A stretch of DNA of 64,000 nucleotides from Stegostoma tigrinum (taxonomy: Eukaryota): the NCBI RefSeq assembly GCF_030684315.1, contig NC_081398.1, forward strand, positions 4,568,385-4,632,384, given 5' to 3'. Under the pieces are notes generated by a model that saw nothing but the letters and a program-made list of their open reading frames with translations, ran no database searches and was not told the origin of the DNA. Numbering within the stretch: the stretch's first letter is position 1; each line of letters opens with the position of its first letter. The translations under genes and the position numbers were made by a program. This document shows, one piece after another, positions 37,368 to 50,340 of the stretch.

Positions 37368-40319
37368 ATTTTGAGGGGATTTGGTCTGCTTCATAATTTG
37401 ATCAGGATTTTGATTGTCACACGTATTCAAATGCAGAAGTGGAAAGTGTTCAATGTTGCCAAGCAACAAGTTAGAAGGGAACGACAAACTTTAAAAGTTA
37501 CACGATACAGACTTTCTCAGTTTTAAGTCAGAAATTAAGAAATAAAGCTGAAGGTTCAAACGTTGCATTCTTTCTAAAGTGTTTACCCACGGTGGGACTG
37601 CACTTTGAGGTGTCATAGCAACAGATCGAGACAATAAAACGATCATGTTGAATGTTGGAGCTGGCTTGAAGTGCTGGGTAGCACAATCTCTGTTTGTCTG
37701 ATGAGAACGCAGCATAGGGGATGTTGGGGATACTGACGCAGATTTTCCAGCATCACGCACTGCGCCTTGCAGAAAACTTCATGCACTGACTCTGCGGATA
37801 CTACCTGGAAAATGGAAACTTGTGATGACTCAGCACCCAGTATCTGGAAGCCTCTAATGGTTTTAGTGCGAATAAACCGATTTGCTTGAAGTCGCTTAAG
37901 TCAGCCACAATTTTTCAGGACCTTAGCTATAGTTTAAAGTGTAGCAACAGTACATTGGTCGGGCCACGTTTGAAATGCTACCCTTCTGCTCTGTTCTCCC
38001 TGCCATAGGAAAGATGTTGTTAAACTAAACATCAGAGATGCTACGTTGAGATTTCGTGTTCAGAAATCACAAGGCACCTGGTTAAAGTGGAGAGGAGAGA
38101 AAGCGAAATCCCCGACGCTGGAAGGATCGAGAACCAGAGCATCGGATGTAACTGGCAATAGTGAGACGATGGCTGCCTCGTCCTGCTGGCGATGAGGGTT
38201 TGCAACGCACCGCCTGAGCATGGAGGAGGCAGGGAGACAGAACTCAAGGGAGAATTAGATTACCATCTGAATTGGAAGAAGGTGCAAGGTTACAGGGTTT
38301 AAAGCGAGGTGTGCATGGTGCAAAGCCACATCAGACAAATCAGTTCTGTCGATGGCAAGTGGAGAAAATGGACCTCCTACTGTTCTGTAACCACATTGTG
38401 ATTTTTCCAGGATTCAGCACCGTTGAACTCAGGGCTGTACATAAACAGACTCGTGGTGGGGTAGGTTGTCGAGTTTGGGTTGGTGCTGTACCCCCATGGC
38501 ATCGGTGGCACCCGCATCGGCGAGGGCATCGCCGGAGGCAAGATGTTGCCAAACAGGGACAACGGACATCCCAGTGGGAACAGCGAAGGGGACTCGTGCC
38601 TGACCACTGGGCCCATGGCAGGCAACTGTAAAGATGGACATCATTTCTTTACTTTTCCTCCTCTATATTTCCATGTTTCGGTCTACGTTTCTGTGTTCAA
38701 AAATGGCACCGGAGAGCGGAGACACTTTTCGCTGTATTTTTGTAAGAAGACATGACAAATTAATGAATAAGTGACGCCAATAAATCCGAGGGGGTAGATC
38801 AGGTGAACTGCTAGGTCGCTTTCGCCAAGGCGTGGGGGGTTCGAAACCAGGGCGTATTTTTAAGGTGAGAGGAGTAAAGATTTAAAAAGGATATGAGGGG
38901 CAACTTTATTTTTATATTGTAAAAAACAGTGGCTCATGTGTGAAATGGGCTTCCAGAGGAAGTGGTGGATGTTGGTACAATTACAGCATTTAAATAAGTT
39001 CATGAACAGGAAAGGTTTGGAGGGATATGGTCCAAATACAGTACACTCACCATTACTGATTCTATCCCCACCTCTTTGACTGGTCCGTCTCCACTCCACC
39101 TATCTTCCCCTCTATCCGCCTCCCCCTCTCTCACTATTTATTTCAGAACCCCCTTTCCTGAAGGCTCTCAGCCTGAAACGTCAGCCTTCCTGCTCGGCCT
39201 GCTGTGTCCATCCAGCTCTACCCTGCGTTATCTCAGGTGGGAGCTAGTTCTGTTTGTGAACATGGCCGGCGTGGGCTGGGACAGTGAGGGATAGGGAGGT
39301 TTAGAACTCACTTGGGCTTTGAGCAAGGGGGGTCATAGTTCGGAGAGAAGGAGCAGCAGATTTAAAGCAGAGATGAGAAGGAATTATCTCTTTCACACGG
39401 TCATGAATCCTCAGAATTATGCTACTCTGCAGTGCTGGGACGTTGAGTAAATTTAAGGAGACAGAGCGGAATCTTCTAACAAGCAATGGGTTGAAGGCTT
39501 ATGGAATGTGGGCAGGAAAGTGGAGTAGAGGCTGTGATAGTATCAAATGGCAGAGCAGGCTTGAGGGGTCGAATGGCTGCCTTTGTGGTCTTGAAGGTGC
39601 TGAAGCAGACTGAATGGCTTCCTTCTGGATTGTATTGCTTGGACTCTGGCCTCAATGACCTGTCAGCTATCCACTGCATTATAAATAGATTGTAACTGTA
39701 TTAATTAGAATGTAGAAAGACCCAGCCAGGGTTTGGCTTTATCTTTGAAATATTTGAACCAAGGGGAACATGGACACAAGAGATAACGTAGTCGGAAAAA
39801 GGTCCTTTATTCTGTTATATATTGAAGTATGAAACATTTAAAATGAAGCAAGTACAAAAGTTGGTGTAAAGAAAGTGACTGCAGGAATACACATCTCCAC
39901 ACAGATCGGGAACGTGTTCAGCTGGGGAGCAGCAACTGCTCGTGGCTAAGGAGAAACTTTGGCAGTGACCAACTAGACAAATTGGAGCCAATAATAGCTC
40001 AACGTGAGCATTTTTTTTTGTTGTTTTTCTTTTAAAACAGGCTGCAGGAGGAGGATATGGTTACTACGAGATCAGAGATATTTCCCCACCTTCTGTTCCT
40101 GGCTGCACCTTCATGAAGCCCTGTGCATGGCACATACTATCCCTCAAAGAGAGAGTTTCAGAATTGAAATAAAACGAGGTGGGGGCAGATATTTGCTAAT
40201 TCACTGATTGCACAGGCCGCTGAGGTCAGGGTCTGGAATGACCTCACAGCGTGGACCTTTACAGTCAGGGCAGGGCAAACGGGGAAAAATCAATGTCCTC
40301 ATGCTACGTTAGTGAGGTT

Positions 40320-40645
40320 CAGCAGGGGAGGTGTCTTATCCAGAGACCCAGATAATGTTCTGGGGACCCGGGTTCGAATCCCGCTACGCACTTGGTGGAA
40401 TTTGAATTCGGTTAAAATATCTGGAATTGAAGTGCAATGATGACCCTGAACCGATTGTTGGGGGCAAAACCCATCTGGGTCACTACTGCCCTTTAGGGGA
40501 GGAAACTGCCATCCTTACCTGGTCTGGCCTCCATGTGACTCCAGACCAGCAGCAATGTGGTTGACTCTTAACTGCCCTCTGGGTAATTAGGGATGGGCAA
40601 TAAATGCTGGGCCCGGCCAGCGGTGCACACATCCTGTGAATTAAA
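40320..40645 (+). mobile_element. DeuSINE (SacSINE1-like); other copies ~14730-15050, 16800-17080, 18450-18790, 50630-50900, 51700-52040, 63440-63630
   Basis: B-box GGTTCGAATCCC plus Deu-like core CCTTACCTGGTCTGGCCT.CATGTGACTCCAGACC. Confidence 0.7.
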
Positions 40646-40959
40646 TTAAGTAAACGTAATCACTTGGTAAAGCTGAATGAGGTGGGCCCAGAGACGAAGA
40701 GATGGCACCTGAAGAACATGTTGGAGGGTCCATTGTAGGCGAGGTGGGGGAGGCAGGTGGGGGAAGGCATGGGTGTCGGTGGAGAGTGGGCTCGGGACTC
40801 GTGAGGGAGGCAGTGGAGTCGATGACAGACACTGTTCCAGTTATTAAACTGTCCAAAATGGCACCAGGCTGTTGAAACTTCTCACTGTCTATTACTGTGT
40901 TATTCACTGCAAAATACACGTGACAGTAAATAAAATTCAGCTGCGCCTCCTAGCTTGTG

Positions 40960-41500
40960 GTGTACAAAGCTGTGGTGGCTCCCATTCTCCTACCTGGCAT
41001 CTCAAGGTGCTGCAGCAGTCCCACTTCTTGTGGGGGGGGTTAAAGAGAGGGAACAGACTCACCAACATCTTGACCACACCATGCCCAGCAGCGAGGCACT
41101 GCCCAATCCATGGTCAGCTACAGCCGGCTGGCTACGAGGCTCCCCAAGCGGGTTCTCTCCAGCCCCCAAGCTCCGAAACAGGCCCAGGCCGACAGAGGAA
41201 ATGCTTTGGTGAGAACCTCCAGGCCTCACTGGTGAAGCGTGGCATTCCGCCCGGGAATCGCTGGCCCGAGACTGTCCAGCGCGCAGCAGCGGCGTCCGTG
41301 GAGGGGTCAGGAGCCTCCAGGCTCGCTGACTGGGAAGGAAAAAACTGAAGCCGAGCGAAAGGAGCAGTGCCAACCACAGTGACACCCCATCGATCCCTCT
41401 CTCGTACGACCCAGCAGCTGCCCCAAATGTAACAGAGCCTGCGCTGGCTATGTAGGTCTGCATGGACCTCCCCTGCTGAGAGGCATCCTAGTCCATGAGG
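40960..41500 (+). mobile_element. RTE-like LINE 3' fragment
   Basis: GRQRKCFGENLQASLVKRGI..W resembles an RTE ORF end. Confidence 0.5.
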
Positions 41501-42444
41501 GAACACTGGTAATGGAAACTCGAAGCAGAATTAAGAAGCCTGGGCAAGTGAGGGATGTCAGGGGACAGCTCTCTTTCCACAAACTCGTTGAGAATGGAAA
41601 CAGAAGACAATCCCTCGCTGTTGTAAACCGACTGGAAAGTTGGGCACAGCATGGTCAGAGGGACAACTTTAGAGTCTGACTGGGGTCACGTTCGGGCAGT
41701 TCAGTGAAGGCTTGGCGAGTCAGTTCCGGGCCAAAGGGGTTTGTGGCCTTGGAGGACAGCCTCAGCAGGTGGACTCATTGGAGCAATCTCAATCTCATTG
41801 AAGCTCCAGATGCCGAGAGGGGTGCTGGACAGGGCGATGGCCGAGGGAACACTGCCTCCCGGAGTTGGGGGCGAGTGATGGAGAACAAGGGAGCACGGTT
41901 TCAAAGTTGAGGGAGTGAAGGAGGAATTTCACCCCGTCGGAGGGTCATCAGCGTTTGGAATCGTCTTCACCTACCAAGACAGCAGTGTAGGATGGCTCAG
42001 GTGAAGATACTCAATGCTGCGTGAGACAGATTTAGGACTAACGTGGTTACGAGGAGGGCGCAGGCAACAAAGTGAAATCACGGCCACGGTCAGATCAGAT
42101 ACCATCTTACTGGGTGACAGAGCAGGCTCAAAGAGGCCGAATAACCGAGTCCTGTTTCTATCACACCAGCAGACGGCAAGAAGCGAGATTCAAGCATATT
42201 CATCACCCCACAAAAGGTGCAGTCTGTGATGGGAAACACCCCTTTTCCCTAACCCTGAATTTTGAAGACACCTCTAGGGAGATACATTTTAAACAAAAGG
42301 CCAGGCCTCCTGGGAAAAGCTGACAATGAAGGCGACAGAGCCCTGGCTCCAATGCTGTTGACTGCATCATTAACCTCAGCACTCAACTTTAAACAGTACA
42401 ACGTGATAAAGTAATAAAAAGCAAAACCGCGGACCTGCAGGCAC

Positions 42445-43085
42445 AGGCAAGGAGCAAGGTGTCATGGATGGTCAGAGGCTGGGAATCCTGCAGCGAGTAA
42501 CTCCCCTCCTGACTCCCCAAAGCCTGTCCCACCATCCACAAGTCAGGAGGGTGAGGGAATACCTCCCACTTTACCCTGGATAGGGGCAGCTCCAACAACA
42601 CTCAGGAAGCTCGACACCCTCCAGGACAAAGCAGCCCCCCGCTCAATTGGCACCACATCCACAAACATCCCACTACCCCCCACCCACCGATGCTCAGTCG
42701 CAGCAGTGTGTACCATCTACAAGATGCTCGGCAGAAACTCATCAAAGATCCTCAGGCAGCACCTTCCAAACCCATGACCCACTTCCATCCAGAAGGACAA
42801 GGGGCAGCAGGTACAGAGGAACACCACCCCCCTGCACATTCCCCTCTGACCCCCTCCCCATCCCGACTTGGAAAAATATCCCCGTCCCTTGAGTGTGACT
42901 GGGTCAGAGTCCCTGGAATTCCCTCCCTGAGGGGACATTGTGGGTCACCCCACAGCACATGGACTGCAGCAGTTCAAGAAGGCAGCTCACCCCCACCTTC
43001 TCAAAGGGGGGGCAACTAGGGACGGGGCAATAAACACTGGGCCCAGTCAGCGACACCAAGATCCCACAAGAGAATGAAAAAAGAA
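42445..43085 (+). mobile_element. LINE 3' fragment sharing its tail with the DeuSINEs (other copies ~7000-7390, 14290-14620, 18250-18430, 53150-53560)
   Basis: Repeated block ending GGGCAATAAA..CTGG.CCAG..AGCGAC.CC.A.ATCCC. Confidence 0.65.
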
Positions 43086-44079
43086 AGTAAATGTAAATAC
43101 ATTCACTCTTCACATATGGGCCTAATGTTGGCAAATGGGACTAGATTAATTTCAGATGTCTGGTACGGACAAGTTGGACCGAGAGGGTCTGTTTCTGCGC
43201 TCGTCCTTCTGTGACTCTAAATCTAACAGCAGCTGCGCAATGGAACAAGGTAGATTCCCAATGCACTGATGTTCAGCAACACAATGGAGCCTCTTGAACT
43301 GTATCATTTCATCTGTGGCAAGATAAAAACAATTTTAGCTCAGCTTGAGCTGTAGTGTGACAGCAATATTATCATCAGGACTGCAAACTCCAACACCCCC
43401 ACCCCATACAGCCTAGGCCGGGTTTTCGATCAAACCAGCCCAAACCTCTTCACAACGCTCCTTGTGAAAGCCTCCTTGCCTATCGCACTTGTGGAGCGCT
43501 CCACTTTGTGACGGGTGCCACGTAAACGCAGTCGGAAACTGACTCTTCGCTTGAGTGATGTGTGGAACCAGGAGTCACGCCCCATTCAGGGACTGGGAGG
43601 GGGGGTTGCACAGTGAGTGTAACTGGGATGGAGAGCCCCAGGGTAGTCTTCGCGAGACACAGGTTCAAATCCAACTCATCCCTCCCACACCATTCCCTTT
43701 CTGGAGCTGAAAACGAGCGTCAGGGATGGTAACCACACAACTGTCAGCGACCGTCGCCGCGGTCGCTCCCCGAGATTCAGGGTAAGAGTATAGCCAGCCT
43801 TACCCACCCCGGCCTACAAGTGGCTCCAGACCCACAGCCACATGGAAATGAAGGCAGGGTGACAAACGCTGGCCTTTCCAACGACACCCACGTGTAAAAA
43901 CAAAATCAAATCACAACTTCCCCATCAACCGCAGACACTCTTCACCCGCTGTTCCCTTGTGAGCTAAAGCACCTGCTGCTAATTCGGATTGTCAATTCAA
44001 AGGTCAATTAAAAGCAGGGATTTCGGACCAAACTCCTGTTTGCTGACCAGAAACCGGAGCGAGTTAAACAATAATCCTT

Positions 44080-44580
44080 ACAGCACAGGAGCAGGCCATT
44101 CAGCCCTCACTGACCCCCCAACCAGCATCCCAACCCGGACCCATACAGCCACCTTACCTCTGTACCCCTGCATTTTCCCACGGCCTATCCACCCTAACCT
44201 GCATATCCCTGGGCACTACGGGACAATGTAGCACGGCCAACCCACCCTAACCCCCACATCCCTGGGCACAACGGGACAATTTAGCACGGCCAATCCACCC
44301 TAACCCGCACATTCCTGGGCACTATGGGACAATTTAGCACGGCCAACCCACCCTAACCCGCACATCCCTGGGCACTATGGGACAATTTATCACGGCCAAT
44401 CCACCCGAACCTGCACATCTTTGGACTGTGGGAGGAAACTGGAGCACCCGGAGGAAACCCACGCAGACACAGGGAGAATGTGCAAACTCCACACAGACAG
44501 TTACCCGAGGGTGGAAGTGAACCTGGGTCCCTGGTGCCTTGAGGCAGCAGCACTAACCACTGAGCCACCGTGCTGTCCCA
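44080..44580 (-). mobile_element. V-SINE with a ~4-copy 53-bp expansion
   Basis: Full head, V-domain, array and tail. Confidence 0.85.
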
Positions 44581-45677
44581 GGTGTACTCTGAAGAGGAGA
44601 TGCAGACACTGAGGCTTTTTCTGCATGTGCAGAGGGAAGATCAGGCTCCGAGACGCTCCCTTCTACCCCAGGAGCTCGTGCCGTTATCAGGGCAAAAGCC
44701 ATCCATGGGAGACGCTTGCTCACCTCAGTGTGAGGAAGGCCAGAAGCAGTTAGGAGAGATGGGGCTTCACATGTAGGACAGGTTTGCTCGAGGCTTCAGA
44801 GATGCACTGCAATAACTCTGAAGTTGCTGGCAGAGTCCAACTGTATCCGAGCTAACACAAATTTGGGTGGAGGATCACCAGACTCCAAACGTCGGCTCTG
44901 CTTTGTGTTCACAGATGCTGCCGCACTTGCTGCAATTTCTGACTGTTGCTCAAGATCTCTATGTGGTACCTGCAGGTTACTCCGTTTAGTGTAAAACTCC
45001 AGTTAGACTGGGAGGCCATTCACTTCACAGAACGGAGGACTTGCCAGAGTCTCGGGACCGAGTGGACCCCCGGGGTGGGGACGACAGGAAATTAGGCCCG
45101 AAACGTCAGCTTTCCTGCTCCTCTGATGCTGCCTGGCCTGCTGTGTTCATCCAGCTCCACACCTTGTTATCTCAGGAAATCAGGTGGGAATTTTGCCTGC
45201 ATTTCCGTGTGGATCGAAACAGCTGCTGCAACACCCTGGGAGTGCCAGGGAAATTAAACGCCCAGGATTAAGACAGACGCAATGCATGGTGTATCTTAAA
45301 CAGCGGTGGGACCAGCTTTTAAAACACCACTGCCAGTTTTCACAGTGACTCTAGCTTGCACTCTACAGGGAAGGAGGAAAGGACAGGGTGAGGACTAAAA
45401 AGGAGCGTGCACTGTTTTTAAATCTTAAAAAGGTGCACGGGTTATGTGACGAGTTTAAAATCTCATCCGCTCTTGACTGGTGGCTCAGCGTTGACTACGA
45501 AGAGACAGAGCGACAGATAGAGGGCTTCTGTTTGCCCGAGGGTCAGGGTTCGAAGCCACACCTCACTGTGACAGCCATTGGATTAAAAAGGTACTGGACT
45601 TTGCTAGAGGATAGTTGCCTCCCGGCTCCATGGTCGGGATGCCGGCCGCGGGAGGGATCTGAAGCACCACTGGGTGG

Positions 45678-45868
45678 TCAGAGTTCCGCAGGGTCATGAT
45701 GTCCATCTTCTTGGCCAGACACATCACCCTCTGGCCAGTCTCCTTCGCTGGGTTTGCTGCCTGCCTGAGCAACCTGCTCCTCCTCTGCTGTGGCTCCTGC
45801 GTTCCTCCTCTTCTCCTGGCTGTCAGCCATGTCACCCTTGTGGCCTTTCCACACCTCGGTCAGACACT
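45678..45868 (-). CDS. CNPY4: CNPY4 exon 6 (last coding exon; acidic tail ending HDPAEL*)
   Basis: Polypyrimidine tract + CAG; (E)CLTEVWKGHKGDMADSQEKRR...GHHDPAEL-TGA; six exons sum to 753 nt = 250 aa + stop, with six Cys. Confidence 0.92.
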
Positions 45869-45994
45869 CTGCAGTACGGGGAGAGGGACAGAGGGCAAGC
45901 GGGAGATGGTTACCGTGGACCGTCGGGGAGGGTCAGAGGCTTCCACGCCGCATGCTTGACGACACCGCGGGCTGAACGACTCCTGGGAGGTTTT

Positions 45995-46682
45995 CATAGA
46001 ATCCCCACAGTGTGGAAATAGGCCCTTGGGCCCAACAAGTCCACTCCGACCCTCAGAGCATCCCATCCAGACCCATCCCTCTATAACTGCACTAACCCGC
46101 ACATGCCTGGGCACTACGGGACAATTTAGCACGGCCAACCCACCCTAACCCGCACATCCCTGGACACTATGGGACAATTTAGCACGGCCAACCCACCCTA
46201 ACCCGCGCATCCCTGGGCACTACGGGACAATTTAGTACGGCCAATCCACCCTAACCCGCGCGTCCCTGGGCACTACGGGACAATTTAGTACGGCCAATCC
46301 ACCCTAACCCGCGCGTCCCTGGGCACTACGGGACAATTTAGCACGGCCAATCCACCCTAACCCGCGCGTCCCTGGGCACTACGGGACAATTTAGCACGGC
46401 CAACCCACCCTAACCCGCACATCCCTGGGCACTACGGGACAATTTAGCACGGCCAACCCACCCTAACCCGCACATCCCTGGGCACTACGGGACAATTTAG
46501 CACGGCCAACCCACCCTAACCCGCACATCCCTGGGCACTACGGGACAATTTAGCACGGCCAATCCACCCTAACCTGCACATCCCTGGGCACTACGGGACA
46601 ATTTAGCACGGCCAATCCACCCTAGCCCGCACATCCCTGGGCACTATGGGAGGAAACTCACACAGACACAGGGAGAACGTGC
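45995..46682 (-). mobile_element. V-SINE with a ~10-copy 53-bp expansion (CNPY4 intron 5)
   Basis: Same unit at 46090-46650 plus tail. Confidence 0.8.
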
Positions 46683-47544
46683 GTTCCCTCCTCCAACCGT
46701 TTCTTTCCGCACCCCCTGACACCCAGCCCAGTCAGAGTGCCTTTTGGGAAGAAGGGCAAAAATGCAGGAGAAACTCAGCAGGTCTCACATTCAGAGGGAA
46801 AGCAGAGATAATCCTTGAGGCCCTGTTCCGAAGGAGGGTCACAGGACTTGAAATGTTAACTCTGCCGTTCTCTCTCCACAAGGTGGGAGGTCACACAACA
46901 CAAGGTGAGAGGTCACACGACACCAGGTGAGAGTCCAACAGGTCTATTTGAAATCACAAGCTTTTGGAGCACAGCCCCTTCGTCGGGTGAGGGTCACCAG
47001 CAGGCCAGGTTACCGGGTCAGTTAATAAAAACGGAGAGGACACTCTACCTCTATCGGCAGGAAAAGGTAGAGCATAAAATCCAGGAAGCTATGCTAAACC
47101 TTTTGACAGATTACTGGTTCAGGCCCAGCGACAGTGTGCGCGTGTGTGTCCAATTCCTTGGGGGGGGGGTGGGGGGGGGGGGGCGCTTTGGAGAGGCAGA
47201 CATTGGGTTGGGAAGACGGGACACTGGATGAAAGGGGTCGGGATTGTCCGTGAAACACACTCGCGCTCTCTCTCATGCTTCCACCCTCAGCGCTAGGCCG
47301 AAGCCACCTTCGCCCCAGAGGGAGCGAGCACCTTGCGGCAGTTGGAGCCAAGTGGTTTAATCGAGAGTGACAGTCGGGCCTTGGCCACAGATAGGGGGAC
47401 AGCTGCCTCCTCGACCTGTGCGGATGACAGCTGAGGGAAGTGTATCACAGGCAGGATTGGGGGGGCATGCAGAGAAGGGGGCAGGGGGCAGAGCATGAGG
47501 TAGAGAGAGCAGGGAAGGATAGAGAGCTTTAAAAAAAAAAACAA

Positions 47545-47982
47545 AAAAAGGTGTAGAGCTGGATGAACATATCAGGCCAGGCAGCATCAGAGGAGCAGGA
47601 AAGCTGACGCTTCGGGCCTAGACCCTTCTTCAGAAAAGAGGCAGGGGAAGGGGTTTCTGAAATAAATAGGGAGGGAGGGGGAGGTGGATCGAAGATGGAT
47701 AGAGGAGAAGATAGATGGAGGGGAGACAGACAGGTCAAAGAGATGGAGATGGGGCCTGTGAAGGTGTCAGGACGTGGTCGAGTCTGTCTCCTCTCCATCC
47801 ATCTTCTATCCACCTCCCCCCCCCCCTATTTATTTCAGAACATCCTTCCACCCCTCCACCCCCATTTCTGAAGATGGGTCCAGACCCAAAACATCAGCTT
47901 TCCTGCCCCTCTGATGCTGCTCGACCTGCTGTGTTCATCCAGCCCCACACCTTGTTGCCTCAGATTCTCCTACTATCCCTGA
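47545..47982. mobile_element. Fold-back PLE derivative abutting the CNPY4 exon 5 donor
   Basis: Inverted PLE 3' termini, about 200 bp each. Confidence 0.75.
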
Positions 47983-47997
47983 AACAAAGAGGCTAAC

Positions 47998-48115
47998 CTT
48001 GGTCGTTCTTTTCCAGCACATGGGACACGCAGAGAAACCTCTCCAGATCCAGGTCCTGATGGTGGAAATACCAATCCTCCACGACCTCCTCGTACTGTTC
48101 CAACATATTCTCGCA
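47998..48115 (-). CDS. CNPY4: CNPY4 exon 5
   Basis: CENMLEQYEEVVEDWYFHHQDLDLERFLCVSHVLEKNDQ; CAG acceptor, AAG|GTTAGC donor; 118 nt. Confidence 0.95.
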
Positions 48116-48934
48116 CTGAGGGGGGAAACATCAGCAGCTGCTGTACTGGCTTTAGTAGAATTGTTGTGGACAGTGTCCATGAGAAATGCAGGGTTCCATT
48201 TTTTTTTGAAGATTGAAACCTCTGCTCCCATTTTGCTTCCCTCCCCCCACCCCCCAATGGTTTGCTTTCTTCTCCTATTTCTCCATTACTCCTGTTTGCA
48301 CACTGATCCCTTTATTCGCACCTCCTCTGGACTAGTCCAAGTCCCACTGGCCTTGTGTCCCTTCATTCTCGAACTCCCCACAACCAGCATCTCCGTTTTG
48401 TGAATATATATAAAAAAAACAAAGTTGTCCCCATTCCGATCAAAGGTCACAGCCCCTGAAACATTGGCTCTCGTTTCGCTCCACGGCTGGTGCCAGGCCC
48501 CGCTGAGCCCTCAGCAGCGTTGCCTGGAACAGAAGTGGGAACTGCTGCAGAATCAGCTGGGTCCAGCAGGGCCTCAGTGCAAGGGGGCAGGGGGACAGTG
48601 AGAGGATGCAGACGGGCGGGGAGTGGTTGAGAGGGTCCACAGGGGAGGGGTGGGGGTGGTGAGAGGAGGCAGTGGGGGGGTGGGGGCAGAGCGAGGGGAG
48701 GAGGGAAGAGCACACAGAGGAGGGGGCAGGGCGCAGAGCGCGGGGTGGAGAGAAGAAAACCCTTCAGCAGCATTCTCTGCCAGTTACCAACCTGCACACA
48801 GTTCACCGACTGCATTGGGTGCTCACCTCAGTCCACTCGCAATCAGCGAATGACTGAAGCACATTTGGTCTATCACGCCTGTGCTGACCCCACAAACGGG
48901 TTATTCACCCACAGCAGGACTTATGCACTTTATG

Positions 48935-49320
48935 GTGAGGTCCTGGGGCGTGTTGCTGAACAGAGGGACCCTGATGGGGGCGCAGGTACATAGTTCCTGG
49001 AAAGTGGAGTCGCAGGTAGACAGGGCGGTGAGGAAGGTGTTTGGGACGCTCGCCTTTATTGGTCAGTGCATTGAGTGCAGGAGTTGGGAGGGTCATGTTG
49101 CAGCTGTACAGGACATTGGTCAGGGCCACCTTAGGAATAGTGTGTGTAATTCTGGTCTCCCTGCTGTAGGAAAGTTGTGAAACTAGAAATGGTTCAGAAA
49201 AGATTTACAAATGGGAAGAGTTTAGAGGGATATGGGCTAACTGTGGCAAACGATTGGTTTAGGGTATCTGGTCATTCTGGACGAGTTGGGCTGAAGGGTC
49301 TGTTTCCATGCTGCACATCT
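48935..49320 (+). mobile_element. CR1 LINE fragment
   Basis: Close similarity to the reverse complement of 22250-22480. Confidence 0.8.
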
Positions 49321-49622
49321 TGAGGAGTCTACACACCCTCACATAGCCCCACACAGGCATTTCCTTTGCAGATTCTCTTTTGAGACCTCACTGTAGTCTC
49401 AGGAAGCACATTTGAAGATCTTAACCCTGCAGCACAATTGGCTAGGATTCTGCAAACAGTGGCAGCATAGGACAGGGCAGTAGCAGTGAACAGTCTGACC
49501 ACGCTTGTCTGGGGTCACACGAGAAGATTGGGGCTGGCAGCTCCAGGGCACTGCCAACGCCTCCAGTGCACGAGAGCTGCTAACGGTCAAACCGCGCAGC
49601 TCATTGAGGAAGCCGGGCTTAC

Positions 49623-49745
49623 CTGCTTTTTCAAATCCGTGACCTCGGCCGAGGGCTCATCCCACATTTCAAATGGGATTCCCAGCTCCACCTTTACACC
49701 TTTGTTCACCAGATTCTTCAGCGTCATCATCGTCTCGCTTGTACC
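49623..49745 (-). CDS. CNPY4: CNPY4 exon 4
   Basis: [41 protein letters not shown]; CAG acceptor, CAG|GTAAGC donor; 123 nt. Confidence 0.95.
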
Positions 49746-49814
49746 CTGCAAAACACAGAACACCAAACGCTCAAGGGCTCCATCGCAGAGATGGCGATTG
49801 GATCCTCTAGCTAC

Positions 49815-50340
49815 TGGGTGGTGAGGCCTCGGTCGGAGTGCCGATTCCGGTTTGGGGCGCCCTTTCGTTGGGAGGGTATCATTAAGCTGGAGAGGGTTCA
49901 GAAGAGACTTACCAGGATATGGCTAGGAACACAGCGTTCCAGGAGAGGCTGGGACTTTGTTCACCGACGTGTAGGTGACGAGGGGTAACCTTACGGAAAT
50001 TTAAAAAAGAACATGAGGGGTATAGGCAAGGTGGATGACAGATGTCTTTTCCCTAGGGTGGGGGGACTTCAAACTGGGGGGGCGGGCATGTTTTTAAGGG
50101 TGAGAGAAGAAAGATTCAAAAACCACAAGGGGCAACTTTAGTTTTTAAAAAAATGCAGGGAGAGGTTTGTGTATGGAATAAATCTCCAGAGGAAGTGGGG
50201 GGCGTGGGTACAGTTACAACATTTAAAAGACATTTGGATAAGTACATGAATGGGAAAAGTTTGGAGGGATAGGGGACAGGAGCAGGCAGGTGGGAATGGT
50301 TCAGTTTGGGATCGCGGTTGGCATGGACTGGTTGGGCCAT
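49815..50340 (+). mobile_element. CR1 LINE 3' fragment
   Basis: [12 protein letters not shown] peptide and typical tail. Confidence 0.75.

Larger units (their letters stand above)
36403..37397 (+). mobile_element. Possible solo LTR, interrupted by a mini-PLE
   Basis: Starts TGT; AT-rich LTR-like body; 3' end not canonical. Confidence 0.35.

Noticed and set aside
37640-37805. Minus-strand exon-like stretch after TTTCCATTTTCCAG
   Set aside because: Peptide not recognisable, no partner exons
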